Below are positions 55,403-62,906 of a stretch of 64,000 bases of DNA, piece by piece. The stretch is from NCBI GenBank assembly GCA_964441275.1, contig CAYTUG010000001.1, positions 80,532-144,531 on the forward strand. Direction: 5' to 3'. The notes under the pieces were generated by a model that worked only from the letters and a program-made list of their open reading frames with translations, was not told the DNA's origin and made no database searches. Source of the stretch: an uncultured Christensenellaceae bacterium. Its GTDB lineage: Bacteria > Bacillota > Clostridia > Christensenellales > SZUA-584. Position numbers and translations under genes: made by a program. The first letter of the stretch is position 1; every line of letters begins with the position of its first letter.

Positions 55403-58400
55403 CTATATTTTATAAACGCTGAAAAATGCTTTTTCTCCGTTTATATCCCATTCTTTTTGGTAACCGCAAAGGGTATCGGACAATTCTTTTGCGAGCACTT
55501 CTTTTTTTATCGTATCCGCGTTGCGGTTTAGCACGCCGGTAAGCAAGCTGTTGCCGGAAACGCTAAGGCGTATATGATCGGTAACCTCAAAATCCGCCTC
55601 TTTGCGCATAGTTTGAATTTTAGAAATCATCTCGCGCACGTATCCTTCTTCTATTAAGTCCTCACTGAGCGCAGTGTCAAGCACCACGCTTAAACCGGCT
55701 TCGCTTTCCGTGATAAAACCGTGTTTTTGTACGGGCTCTATAAGCAAATCGTCTTTGGAAAGAGCAATGGAATTGCCGCCTGCAACAATGGTATAACTTC
55801 CTTCATTGTTTAGCCGTTCTACAACTTCGGTGCCGTCCGCTTGCGCAAGATGTGTGCGTATGGCTCCTAAAAGCTCGCCGTAACGAGGCCCCAACGTTTT
55901 AAGCTGCGGTTTTACGCTGTATGCAGTAAATGAAGATATATCCGCCCCAAGGTAAACATTTTTGACATTCAGCTCGCCGGCTATAAGCTCTTTATACATA
56001 TCGTCAAGTTTATCAACGCCGGCCACATACATGTTTGCGATAGGCTGTCTGTTTTTTATGCCTGCCGTATTGCGCGCGCTGCGGCCGAGCACAACAATTT
56101 TTAGCGCGGCGTCCATCCCTTGCTCTAAACTTTTGTCAATTAAGAATTCGTTAGCCTGTGGATATTCGCATAAATGCACGCTTTCGGGCGCGGTTTTGTC
56201 TATACTGCGCACTATGTTTTGATAAATGGATTCAGTCATAAAAGGTACAAAAGGAGCGGCAAGACAGCATAGGGTTTTAAGAACAGTGTAAAGAGTAACA
56301 AAAGCATCTGTTTTGTCTTTCCCCATGCCGGACGCCCAAAAGCGTTCGCGGCAACGCCTGACGTACCAGTTAGAAAGCTCGTCAACAAACTTATCAAGCT
56401 CTCTTGCAGGCTCGGTCAGCCTGTAGGCGTCAAGATTTTTGCATACGGATTTTATAAGAGTGTGCAGCTTGGACAATATCCATCTGTCCATTACATTTTC
56501 AGTTTCGATTTCGTATTTTGTGGGGCCAAAATCATCAATATTTGCATAAAGCACATAAAATGCGTATGTGTTCCACAACGTTCCCATAAACTTGCGCTGA
56601 GCTTCGGATACTGCGTCTTCGGAAAAGCGGCTGGGCAACCAAGGCATGCTGCCCACATAAAAATACCACCGCACCGCATCCGCGCCTTGTTTATCGAGCA
56701 CTTCCCAGGGGTCTACCACATTGCCTTTGTGTTTGCTCATCTTTTGGCCGTCTTTGTCTTGTACGTGGCCTAAAACAATACAGTTTTCAAACGGACTGCG
56801 CCCAAACACAAGCGTGCCTATTGCAAGCAAGGTGTAAAACCACCCTCGAGTTTGGTCTACGGCCTCGCTTATAAAATTTGCCGGAAAACGTTTTTTAAAT
56901 TCGCTTTTGTTTTCAAAAGGATAGTGCCACTGCGCGAAAGGCATAGAGCCCGAATCGTACCAGCAGTCAATAACCTCCGGCGCACGGTTCATCTTTTGCC
57001 CGCATACATCGCATTCAATCGTTACGCTGTCTATATAAGGTTTGTGCAATTCCAAATCGTCCGCAATTTCCGCGCCTTTTTGCTTTAGCTCATCTATCGA
57101 ACCGATTACGGTATAATTGCCGCAGCCGCATTCCCAAACGGGCAGGGGAGTGCCCCAATACCGCTCGCGCGATAACCCCCAATCGATTACGTTTTCAAGA
57201 AAGTTTCCCATTCGGCCTTCTTTGATGTTTTCAGGCAACCAGTTTACAGAACGGTTGTTCTTAATCAACAGATCTTTAAGCGCAGTCATTTTTATAAACC
57301 ATGTGCTGCGGGCATAGTAAAGAAGAGGCGTATCGCAGCGCCAACAGAAAGGATAGTTATGAACATAGTCTTTTTCAAAAAGCAGCAAATCGCGCGCTTT
57401 TAGATCCTGCGCTATTTTGGGATCCGCGTCTTTTACAAAAATGTCCGCCCAAGGGGTAGGCTGTATAAAGCGCCCTTGCTCATTTACCATTTGCACGAAA
57501 GGCAGGTTATATTCTCTTCCTATACGCGCGTCGTCTTCGCCAAAGGCAGGCGCTATATGCACAATTCCCGTTCCCTCGGATAATGTAACGTATTCATCGG
57601 CAGTTATAAACCAAGCATTCGTATCCACCCCGCCAAAATCGTATAATGGCTCGTAGGTTTTAAATTCCAACTCTTTTCCGGTATACGTTTCTATAGGCTC
57701 TAACTGTTTGCCAAGCACCGTTTCAACCAAGCCCTTAGCGAGTATCAAGTATTGGTTGTTATGATACACTTTAACGTATTCCTGATGCGGATTAACGCAC
57801 AGAGCAACATTAGACGGCAAAGTCCAAGGGGTTGTGGTCCATGCCAAGAAATAAGTATTTTCCTGAGCAGTTTTAAACTTAACAAATAGCGAAGTCTCCT
57901 CTACGTCTTTGTATCCTTGAGCAACCTCGTGGGAAGAGAGAGGAGTGCCGCAGCGCGGGCAGTAGGGTACAACCTTGTGACCTTTATACAAAAGCCCTTT
58001 GTCGGCAATCTGTTTTAAAGACCACCATACCGATTCAATATAGTTGTTTTCGTATGTTATATAAGGGTTTTCCATATCCGCCCAAAAACCGACTCGGGCG
58101 GACATTCTTTCCCATTCCGTTTTGTATTTCCAAACGCTTTTTTTGCATTCTTCAATAAACGGCTCAACTCCGTATTGCTCTATTTGTTCTTTGCCTTCAA
58201 GCCCAAGCTGCTTTTCAACTTCTAACTCAACGGGCAGCCCGTGTGTGTCCCACCCCGCTTTGCGCAAAACATCAAACCCTTGCATAGTTTTATAACGCGG
58301 TATTAAGTCTTTTATGCAGCGTGTGAGTATATGGCCTATATGCGGCTTACCGTTTGCGGTCGGCGGCCCGTCATAAAAAGTATATGGAGCGTTTCCGCTG

Positions 58401-58507
58401 TTTTTTTGTACGGTTTTATTAAAAATTTTATTATCGTTCCAAAGCTTTAAGACTTCCAATTCTCTGTCTTTAAAGTTTAGGTTTTTGTCTACAGGTGCGT
58501 AAAGCAT
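55403..58507 (-). CDS. ileS: Isoleucine--tRNA ligase (type 2, long form)
   Basis: 1034 aa with SD AAGGAG. The HIGH motif is PTANGKPHIGH and the KMSKS motif is QKMSKHKGN. Editing and anticodon-binding regions are present. Confidence 0.96.
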   Translation of the reverse strand: MLYAPVDKNLNFKDRELEVLKLWNDNKIFNKTVQKNSGNAPYTFYDGPPTANGKPHIGHILTRCIKDLIPRYKTMQGFDVLRKAGWDTHGLPVELEVEKQLGLEGKEQIEQYGVEPFIEECKKSVWKYKTEWERMSARVGFWADMENPYITYENNYIESVWWSLKQIADKGLLYKGHKVVPYCPRCGTPLSSHEVAQGYKDVEETSLFVKFKTAQENTYFLAWTTTPWTLPSNVALCVNPHQEYVKVYHNNQYLILAKGLVETVLGKQLEPIETYTGKELEFKTYEPLYDFGGVDTNAWFITADEYVTLSEGTGIVHIAPAFGEDDARIGREYNLPFVQMVNEQGRFIQPTPWADIFVKDADPKIAQDLKARDLLLFEKDYVHNYPFCWRCDTPLLYYARSTWFIKMTALKDLLIKNNRSVNWLPENIKEGRMGNFLENVIDWGLSRERYWGTPLPVWECGCGNYTVIGSIDELKQKGAEIADDLELHKPYIDSVTIECDVCGQKMNRAPEVIDCWYDSGSMPFAQWHYPFENKSEFKKRFPANFISEAVDQTRGWFYTLLAIGTLVFGRSPFENCIVLGHVQDKDGQKMSKHKGNVVDPWEVLDKQGADAVRWYFYVGSMPWLPSRFSEDAVSEAQRKFMGTLWNTYAFYVLYANIDDFGPTKYEIETENVMDRWILSKLHTLIKSVCKNLDAYRLTEPARELDKFVDELSNWYVRRCRERFWASGMGKDKTDAFVTLYTVLKTLCCLAAPFVPFMTESIYQNIVRSIDKTAPESVHLCEYPQANEFLIDKSLEQGMDAALKIVVLGRSARNTAGIKNRQPIANMYVAGVDKLDDMYKELIAGELNVKNVYLGADISSFTAYSVKPQLKTLGPRYGELLGAIRTHLAQADGTEVVERLNNEGSYTIVAGGNSIALSKDDLLIEPVQKHGFITESEAGLSVVLDTALSEDLIEEGYVREMISKIQTMRKEADFEVTDHIRLSVSGNSLLTGVLNRNADTIKKEVLAKELSDTLCGYQKEWDINGEKAFFSVYKI

Positions 58508-58536
58508 GCAAAGCTCCTTAATTAAATATATTCAAC

Positions 58537-58798
58537 AAATAAAAAACGCCCTGCCCTTGGGGCAAAAGACGCTGTCTTTCACGGTACCACCCAAATTAAT
58601 GCCAAGCTTTCGGCATCATCTTAAGCAGCACTGTAACGGGTGCAGTTCGTCTTCGCTTAAAAGCAAATATGCGTTGGGCGAAGAAGCGTTGGCAGGCGAT
58701 AGAGTAGCTGCAATATTGACAAGGCTTGCACCAAATCCCCGTTCGCTGTGCAGATAAATGCAGTATCCGTGTCCCGCGTTGTCGCTTGTTATTTACAT
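58537..58798 (-). ncRNA. T-box riboswitch leader of ileS
   Basis: The minus strand reads AATTTGGGTGGTACCGTG (58597-58580), the conserved T-box sequence. It is followed by a terminator, TGCCC-CAA-GGGCA extended by G-U pairs, plus UUUUUU (58571-58541). Upstream, the GGTGCAAGCC distal-loop-like element and a candidate AUC (Ile) specifier in CUCUAUCGCC (the 58695-58705 region) are present. Confidence 0.85.
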
Positions 58799-58804
58799 TT
58801 TCAT

Positions 58805-58833
58805 ATTATAATTGTAGAATGCGCGTTTGTAAA
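58805..58833 (-). promoter_or_regulatory. Promoter of the ileS T-box leader (TTTACA - 17 nt - TATAAT)
   Basis: On the minus strand, TTTACA is at 58833-58828 and TATAAT at 58810-58805. Confidence 0.6.
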
Positions 58834-58932
58834 GGGTAACAAAGCTGTTTTGCTTTTGATGGCGCGATAAAAATAGTTCTTTTATATTTAAAACCATTAC
58901 CCGGCGGTAAAAGTTATTTTGCAGTATTAAAT

Positions 58933-58948
58933 TATGAAAATTTTCATA
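58933..58948. promoter_or_regulatory. Perfect 16-bp palindrome TATGAAAATTTTCATA overlapping a TATAAT box
   Basis: The palindrome is at 58933-58948 and TATAAT at 58947-58952, about 35 nt upstream of the Cys-rich mini-ORF. It is a candidate operator. Confidence 0.4.
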
Positions 58949-58984
58949 TAATAATGTGCAATAAAACTAAAGGCGGATAAAGCA

Positions 58985-59140
58985 ATGTCTAAGATGAACT
59001 GCCAATGCTGCAACAAACCGATAGAGTCCCGGTCTATGCTGCATTGCAGGGCTTGCGATTCTCTAGTATGTCCTAAGTGCTACGATATGGGCAACGGTTA
59101 TTGCGACCAGTGTTATCAAAGCATGGATATTTACGAGTAA
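58985..59140 (+). CDS. Cys-rich mini-protein (51 aa, double zinc-ribbon-like)
   Basis: Too short for the ORF track. MSKMNCQCCNKPIESRSMLHCRACDSLVCPKCYDMGNGYCDQCYQSMDIYE contains 9 Cys, including CxxC three times. The SD-like AAAGGCGGA is 6 nt before the ATG. The gene is convergent with the DtxR-family gene, 9 nt apart. Confidence 0.45.
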   Translation: MSKMNCQCCNKPIESRSMLHCRACDSLVCPKCYDMGNGYCDQCYQSMDIYE

Positions 59141-59149
59141 TATTAGTGT

Positions 59150-59518
59150 TTAGTTGTTTTTGTTGTATGCTCTCATTGCGCTAAGCGTTTGAGCAGATAT
59201 AACATGCTCAATCCGGCAGGCGTCAGCCTCCGCTACTTTTGCGTCTATGCCTAACGACTTAATTAGAAAGTCGGTTATTGTATGGTGCATTTCGTGTATC
59301 CGGATTGCTTTTTCGCGCCCTTTTTGCGTGAAGGTTATGTCACCGTAAGGCTCTTTAAGAATGTAGCCTTCCTTTTTTAAGCTGTGCATGGCACGGTTTA
59401 CGCTTGGCTTGGTTACGCTTAAAAACCTTGCTATATCCACGCTTCGCACAGTTTTATTTTTTGATTCCAGTTCGAGAATGGCTTCAAGGTACATCTCGGC
59501 GGATTCGCTAAAATCCAT
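59150..59518 (-). CDS. DtxR/MntR family metal-dependent transcriptional regulator
   Basis: Start is ATG 59518 (MDFSESAEMYLEAILEL), with GAGGT 7 nt upstream. The HTH is VRSVDIARFLSVTKPSVNRAMHSLKKEGY, and the metal-site helix is HEMHHTITDFL...EADACRIEH. Confidence 0.88.
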   Translation of the reverse strand: MDFSESAEMYLEAILELESKNKTVRSVDIARFLSVTKPSVNRAMHSLKKEGYILKEPYGDITFTQKGREKAIRIHEMHHTITDFLIKSLGIDAKVAEADACRIEHVISAQTLSAMRAYNKNN

Positions 59519-59579
59519 AACAACTACCTCATACAGAATGATACAGTCAATTATAGTATATTTTGTATAATAAAACAAC

Positions 59580-59726
59580 TTATCGCATTGATGCCAAGAA
59601 AAATATTAAAGCCGCAATCAAAAACGGTGCGAAAATCAAAATACGCACAATAAATATATTTTGCGCATTCGGGCTGTTTTCCCGCGAATTATGGATTTTG
59701 TTTATAATACGCCGCAAACCGGTCAT
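59580..59726 (-). CDS. Possible small membrane protein (48 aa)
   Basis: ATG 59726 (MTGLRRIINKIHNSRENSPNAQNIFIVRILIFAPFLIAALIFFLASMR) has GAAAGGA 7 nt upstream. It has one C-terminal TM helix. The longer 91-aa ORF version overlaps the fumarate hydratase beta gene. Confidence 0.3.
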   Translation of the reverse strand: MTGLRRIINKIHNSRENSPNAQNIFIVRILIFAPFLIAALIFFLASMR

Positions 59727-59829
59727 TGTTTTTTCCTTTCGCATTAACTCATATTGCTCGTCTTTAGAACAGCTAAAATCACAAACAATTATATTATAAC
59801 TTATGTATTGCAACACCGATGTAAACTGT

Positions 59830-60381
59830 TCATAAAAATTTTGGCTGCAAAGCACAGTCTTTACGGTCGTAAACGCACTTTCCGTAGCAATCTATTGCAA
59901 CAATAAGAGGCAGTTTATCAAAGCGGATTAACCTTACCGACTCGCTGCCAAGATCTTTAAACGCTATGTCTTTCGCCTTCGTAACATGAGACGCTATAAG
60001 CGCGCCGGCGCCTCCTACGGCAACAAAATATACTGCTCCGTTGCGCACAATAGCCGAGCGCACTTTTTTTGACACCGGGCCTTTGCCTATTACAAAAGCG
60101 AGCCCTAAATCATAAAGGACCGGAGCAAAAGAATCCATCCGTGAAGAGGTTGTAGGGCCGCAAGAGTTTATCAACTGCCCCGGTTTTGAGGGGCACGGGC
60201 CCGTATAATATATGCCGTTGTTTTCTATTGGGAAAGGCAGCGGTTTACCGGAATCAATCAAAGCCATAAGCCTTGCATGTGCGGCGTCTCTTGCGGTATA
60301 AACCGAACCGGATAGAGTAACGCACATTCCGGCTAAAAGCTTTTGCTTATCTTCTTTTGTAAGCGGTAACATAAGCTGCAT
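59830..60381 (-). CDS. Fe-S hydro-lyase beta subunit (class I fumarate hydratase / tartrate dehydratase beta)
   Basis: SD AAGGGAGG. LSGSVYTARDAAHARL...GIYYTGPCPSKPG...GPTTSSRMD...IGKG. Confidence 0.88.
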   Translation of the reverse strand: MQLMLPLTKEDKQKLLAGMCVTLSGSVYTARDAAHARLMALIDSGKPLPFPIENNGIYYTGPCPSKPGQLINSCGPTTSSRMDSFAPVLYDLGLAFVIGKGPVSKKVRSAIVRNGAVYFVAVGGAGALIASHVTKAKDIAFKDLGSESVRLIRFDKLPLIVAIDCYGKCVYDRKDCALQPKFL

Positions 60382-60393
60382 TAATAGCCTCCC

Positions 60394-61230
60394 TTATAGC
60401 GTTTCGCTCGCGTGACGTGCCGCGTGGCATTGAAAATTTACCGCTACGGGCAACCCTGCAATATGGGTGGGGTATGTGCCGATATGGACGGCTAAACAAT
60501 AATTTTTGCCTCCGAAACCCATAGCGCCGATGCCAAGCGAATTAATTTTTGATTTAAGCCGTTGTTCGATATTCGCTAACCCTGGGTCTTGATTCTTGCT
60601 GCCAATATCGCGCAAAAGCTGTTTTTTAGCTATAAGCGCACATTTTTCAAACGTACCCCCAATGCCAATGCCCAATATTACGGGAGGACAAGGGCTGCCG
60701 TCCGCTTTTTTTACGCAGTCTAAGACAAAACGCTGTATGCCGCGTATGCCGTCGGAAGGTTTTAGCATAGCGATACGGCTTTGATTCTCGCTGCCAAACC
60801 CTTTAGGAGCAACCGTTATTTTAAGTTCTTCTCCGGCAACAAAATCGTAATGTATTACGGCCGGAGTGTTGTCTTTGGTGTTTTCGCCGCTAAGGGGGTT
60901 GCGTACCGATTTGCGCAGATAACCCTGCACGTATGCTTGGCGGACGCCTTCGTTGACCGAATCAGCAATAGAACCGTTTATATGCACATCCGTTCCAATG
61001 TCGAGGAACACAACCGCCATACCCGTGTCTTGGCAATAGGGCATTTTTGCGTCTTCAGCAATCTTTGCGTTTTCTTTAAGCTGGCGCAGGGCCTCTTTGG
61101 CGGGCGGGCAAGTTTCGTTTACATATGCACAATCAAGGGCATCAAGCAAATCGTCCCCCGGCATATTACATGCACGAAGGCAAAGCCGGCGTACCGCTTG
61201 CATAATATTATTGCTATCAATGATACGCAT
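60394..61230 (-). CDS. Fe-S hydro-lyase alpha subunit (class I fumarate hydratase / tartrate dehydratase alpha)
   Basis: Start is ATG 61230 (MRIIDSNNIMQAV), with GAGGG 7 nt upstream. PYCQDTGMAVVFLDIG...CPPVILGIGIGGTFE. Confidence 0.88.
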   Translation of the reverse strand: MRIIDSNNIMQAVRRLCLRACNMPGDDLLDALDCAYVNETCPPAKEALRQLKENAKIAEDAKMPYCQDTGMAVVFLDIGTDVHINGSIADSVNEGVRQAYVQGYLRKSVRNPLSGENTKDNTPAVIHYDFVAGEELKITVAPKGFGSENQSRIAMLKPSDGIRGIQRFVLDCVKKADGSPCPPVILGIGIGGTFEKCALIAKKQLLRDIGSKNQDPGLANIEQRLKSKINSLGIGAMGFGGKNYCLAVHIGTYPTHIAGLPVAVNFQCHAARHASETL

Positions 61231-61702
61231 ATATTTTCCCTCAATATCGTTTGTTTTGATTATAGCGTATTTGCAAATAAGAGTAAACGGCAATAACCGC
61301 TGATATAATGAAAACAGGATTTGAACACAACGATTAAACATTAAACATCGACTGTGTGAAAGCCGCTTTTAATCTTAAAAGAATTTTGAAGATAGGCAGA
61401 AAGATGATTGCTGGTTTATAAATAAAAACATAGAAAGTTACGTGCGCCGCAATGTCGGAAAAATAACATACGAGTTATTAAATCTTCAAAAGATGTTATC
61501 GTTTGGGCAAAACCGCAATAGTTATGACGATTTTGATGCTGGTTTCTTATTTAAACGAAATAAAGTGTTTTGTAGTTTATTCATAATCCGCATTGTTATA
61601 GCTCTTGCATTTAATATGGTATTGCAATTATAAATTTAATAATGATTGGATTAGTCAAAAGATTATTTAGGCCTGTTTTTATTTGATTGCAAAAACGTAT
61701 AC

Positions 61703-61740
61703 AAAAAAAGCCCCTTAAACACCTTTAAACTGGGCTTTTC
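61703..61740 (-). terminator. Intrinsic terminator after repeat copy A
   Basis: The minus strand reads AAAAGCCC(ag)TTTAAA-ggtg-TTTAAG-GGGC followed by TTTTTTT. Confidence 0.7.
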
Positions 61741-61743
61741 TTA

Positions 61744-61834
61744 TGGTCGGGGTGGTCGTAAAGGAACTACTAAGAAAACATGATTAAATAAAGGTTTTTT
61801 GATGGTCGATAGTAGCATTTAACTAAAAACAAAC
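61744..61834 (-). repeat. Copy A of a ~90-nt conserved element in the 3' UTR of an orphan gene
   Basis: By eye it is about 80 percent identical to 62761-62850. Shared blocks are tggtcggg(g)tggtcgtaaaggaac, aaaacatgattaaataaa, aatggtc(g)a(t)agtag(t/c)gcatttaac and aaaaca. It starts at the stop codon of the 61834-62586 gene and ends at a terminator. Confidence 0.8.
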
Positions 61835-62586
61835 TATCTAAACTCCCATTTCGATGCAAAATCCAAAACAACTCTTTTAGGTTCTTTCAGTAGTGTTTCT
61901 CTAATCGTTTTTATTTGAGTTTGGATTTCATTTTTCTTATTTTTTAGTATATCCATTTCGTGTAAGTCAGACATGCGTTTTGCATAATATTGTATGGATG
62001 GATTCACTGCATGACGATTTAATAAATGATAGTTCATATCTAGGAGCATTTTTATGTATATAAAATTGAGTTTGATTTCATTCTTGACCGTAATGTACGA
62101 TATATCTATTTGCTGCGAATAAATGGTTCCGTGTGTAAAACTGCACAAATCTCTCCATAGATTTTTCATTTCTTCTGAATTAGGTTTTCTTACTTCTCTA
62201 AATACTTCGGTGCGAAGACTTATGCTCTCCCCATTTTCCCATTTTCGTAACAAACCAATATCGTTTTTAATAGCTATGGTTTTTGAAATTATAAGAAATT
62301 CATATATATTCCTAAACAATATCCTGCCACCCCCGTAGAACCCTTGCAGAGTTAAATCTAGTGCTGAATACAGAGAAAGGAAGTTTTTAAATATTGCAGT
62401 GAATACCATAGAAGAATATTCGTCAGCGTCAACATAGGGATCGCTTTTTATAACTAATAAGTATAACTTCAGCAATTCCATCTGTGCGTTATAATTGTCC
62501 CTAATAATGATCAAATCTTCTGAATGCTTGGCTTCTATGATGCTTCGGTTTTCTTTTGCAGTATTATTGAATGTATCTGTAAACAT
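61834..62586 (-). CDS. Orphan protein, possibly AbiV/DUF5677-like (HEPN superfamily)
   Basis: AAAGGAG lies 5 nt before ATG 62586 (MFTDTFNNTAKEN). It is AT-rich. Motifs are GGGRILFRNIYEFLIISK and NLWRDLCSFTHGT (R-x6-H). The family assignment is from memory of the pattern, not from a search. Confidence 0.6.
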   Translation of the reverse strand: MFTDTFNNTAKENRSIIEAKHSEDLIIIRDNYNAQMELLKLYLLVIKSDPYVDADEYSSMVFTAIFKNFLSLYSALDLTLQGFYGGGRILFRNIYEFLIISKTIAIKNDIGLLRKWENGESISLRTEVFREVRKPNSEEMKNLWRDLCSFTHGTIYSQQIDISYITVKNEIKLNFIYIKMLLDMNYHLLNRHAVNPSIQYYAKRMSDLHEMDILKNKKNEIQTQIKTIRETLLKEPKRVVLDFASKWEFR

Positions 62587-62728
62587 AAAAACTCCTTTAT
62601 ATGGCGGTATATTCGACATAATCATAGCTCATATCATAATTATAGTACAAGTGAAAAAAAGTTCCTTTATGAACACCGCAACTCCGTTATTTAGCGTATA
62701 AAACCACTGCGAAAAACAGCTTAACAAA

Positions 62729-62757
62729 GCGAAAAAACGCACCTTAAGATGCGTTTT
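62729..62757 (-). terminator. Intrinsic terminator after repeat copy B
   Basis: The minus strand reads AAAACGCA-tcttaagg-TGCGTTTT followed by TTCG, giving a U-run of 6 including the stem end. Confidence 0.7.
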
Positions 62758-62760
62758 AGG

Positions 62761-62850
62761 TGGTCGGGTGGTCGTAAAGGAACATTAGCAAAAACATGAT
62801 TAAATAAATATTTTCTAATGGTCAGTAGTGGCATTTAACGGAAAACATAC
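62761..62850 (-). repeat. Copy B of the ~90-nt conserved 3' element
   Basis: See copy A. This copy lies 56 nt after the stop of the 62907-64000 gene and directly before a terminator. Confidence 0.8.
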
Positions 62851-62906
62851 CCTGTGAAATACATATTTCTCGCGCTAACAGCACAATTTACTGATTTTAT
62901 TACACC

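Noticed and set aside
61442-61633. A 63-aa plus-strand ORF (GTG start) between the fumarate hydratase operon and the AT-rich islet.
   Set aside because: It has no SD, a GTG start, and composition driven by AT-rich DNA. It cannot be excluded as a small membrane protein, but support is insufficient to call it.
61744-62850. The two ~90-nt repeats as integron attC sites (a CALIN-like cassette array): ORF followed by a conserved imperfect palindrome containing GTTAAAT (matches GTTRRRY) / ATTTAAC (matches RYYYAAC).
   Set aside because: In either orientation the GTT-type core precedes the AAC-type core, the reverse of canonical attC (R'' RYYYAAC first, R' GTTRRRY last). The R/L-box stem with extrahelical bases can be drawn for copy A but not at equivalent positions for copy B. 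No intI gene or attI site is visible. I keep it only as a remote alternative, to be tested with IntegronFinder.
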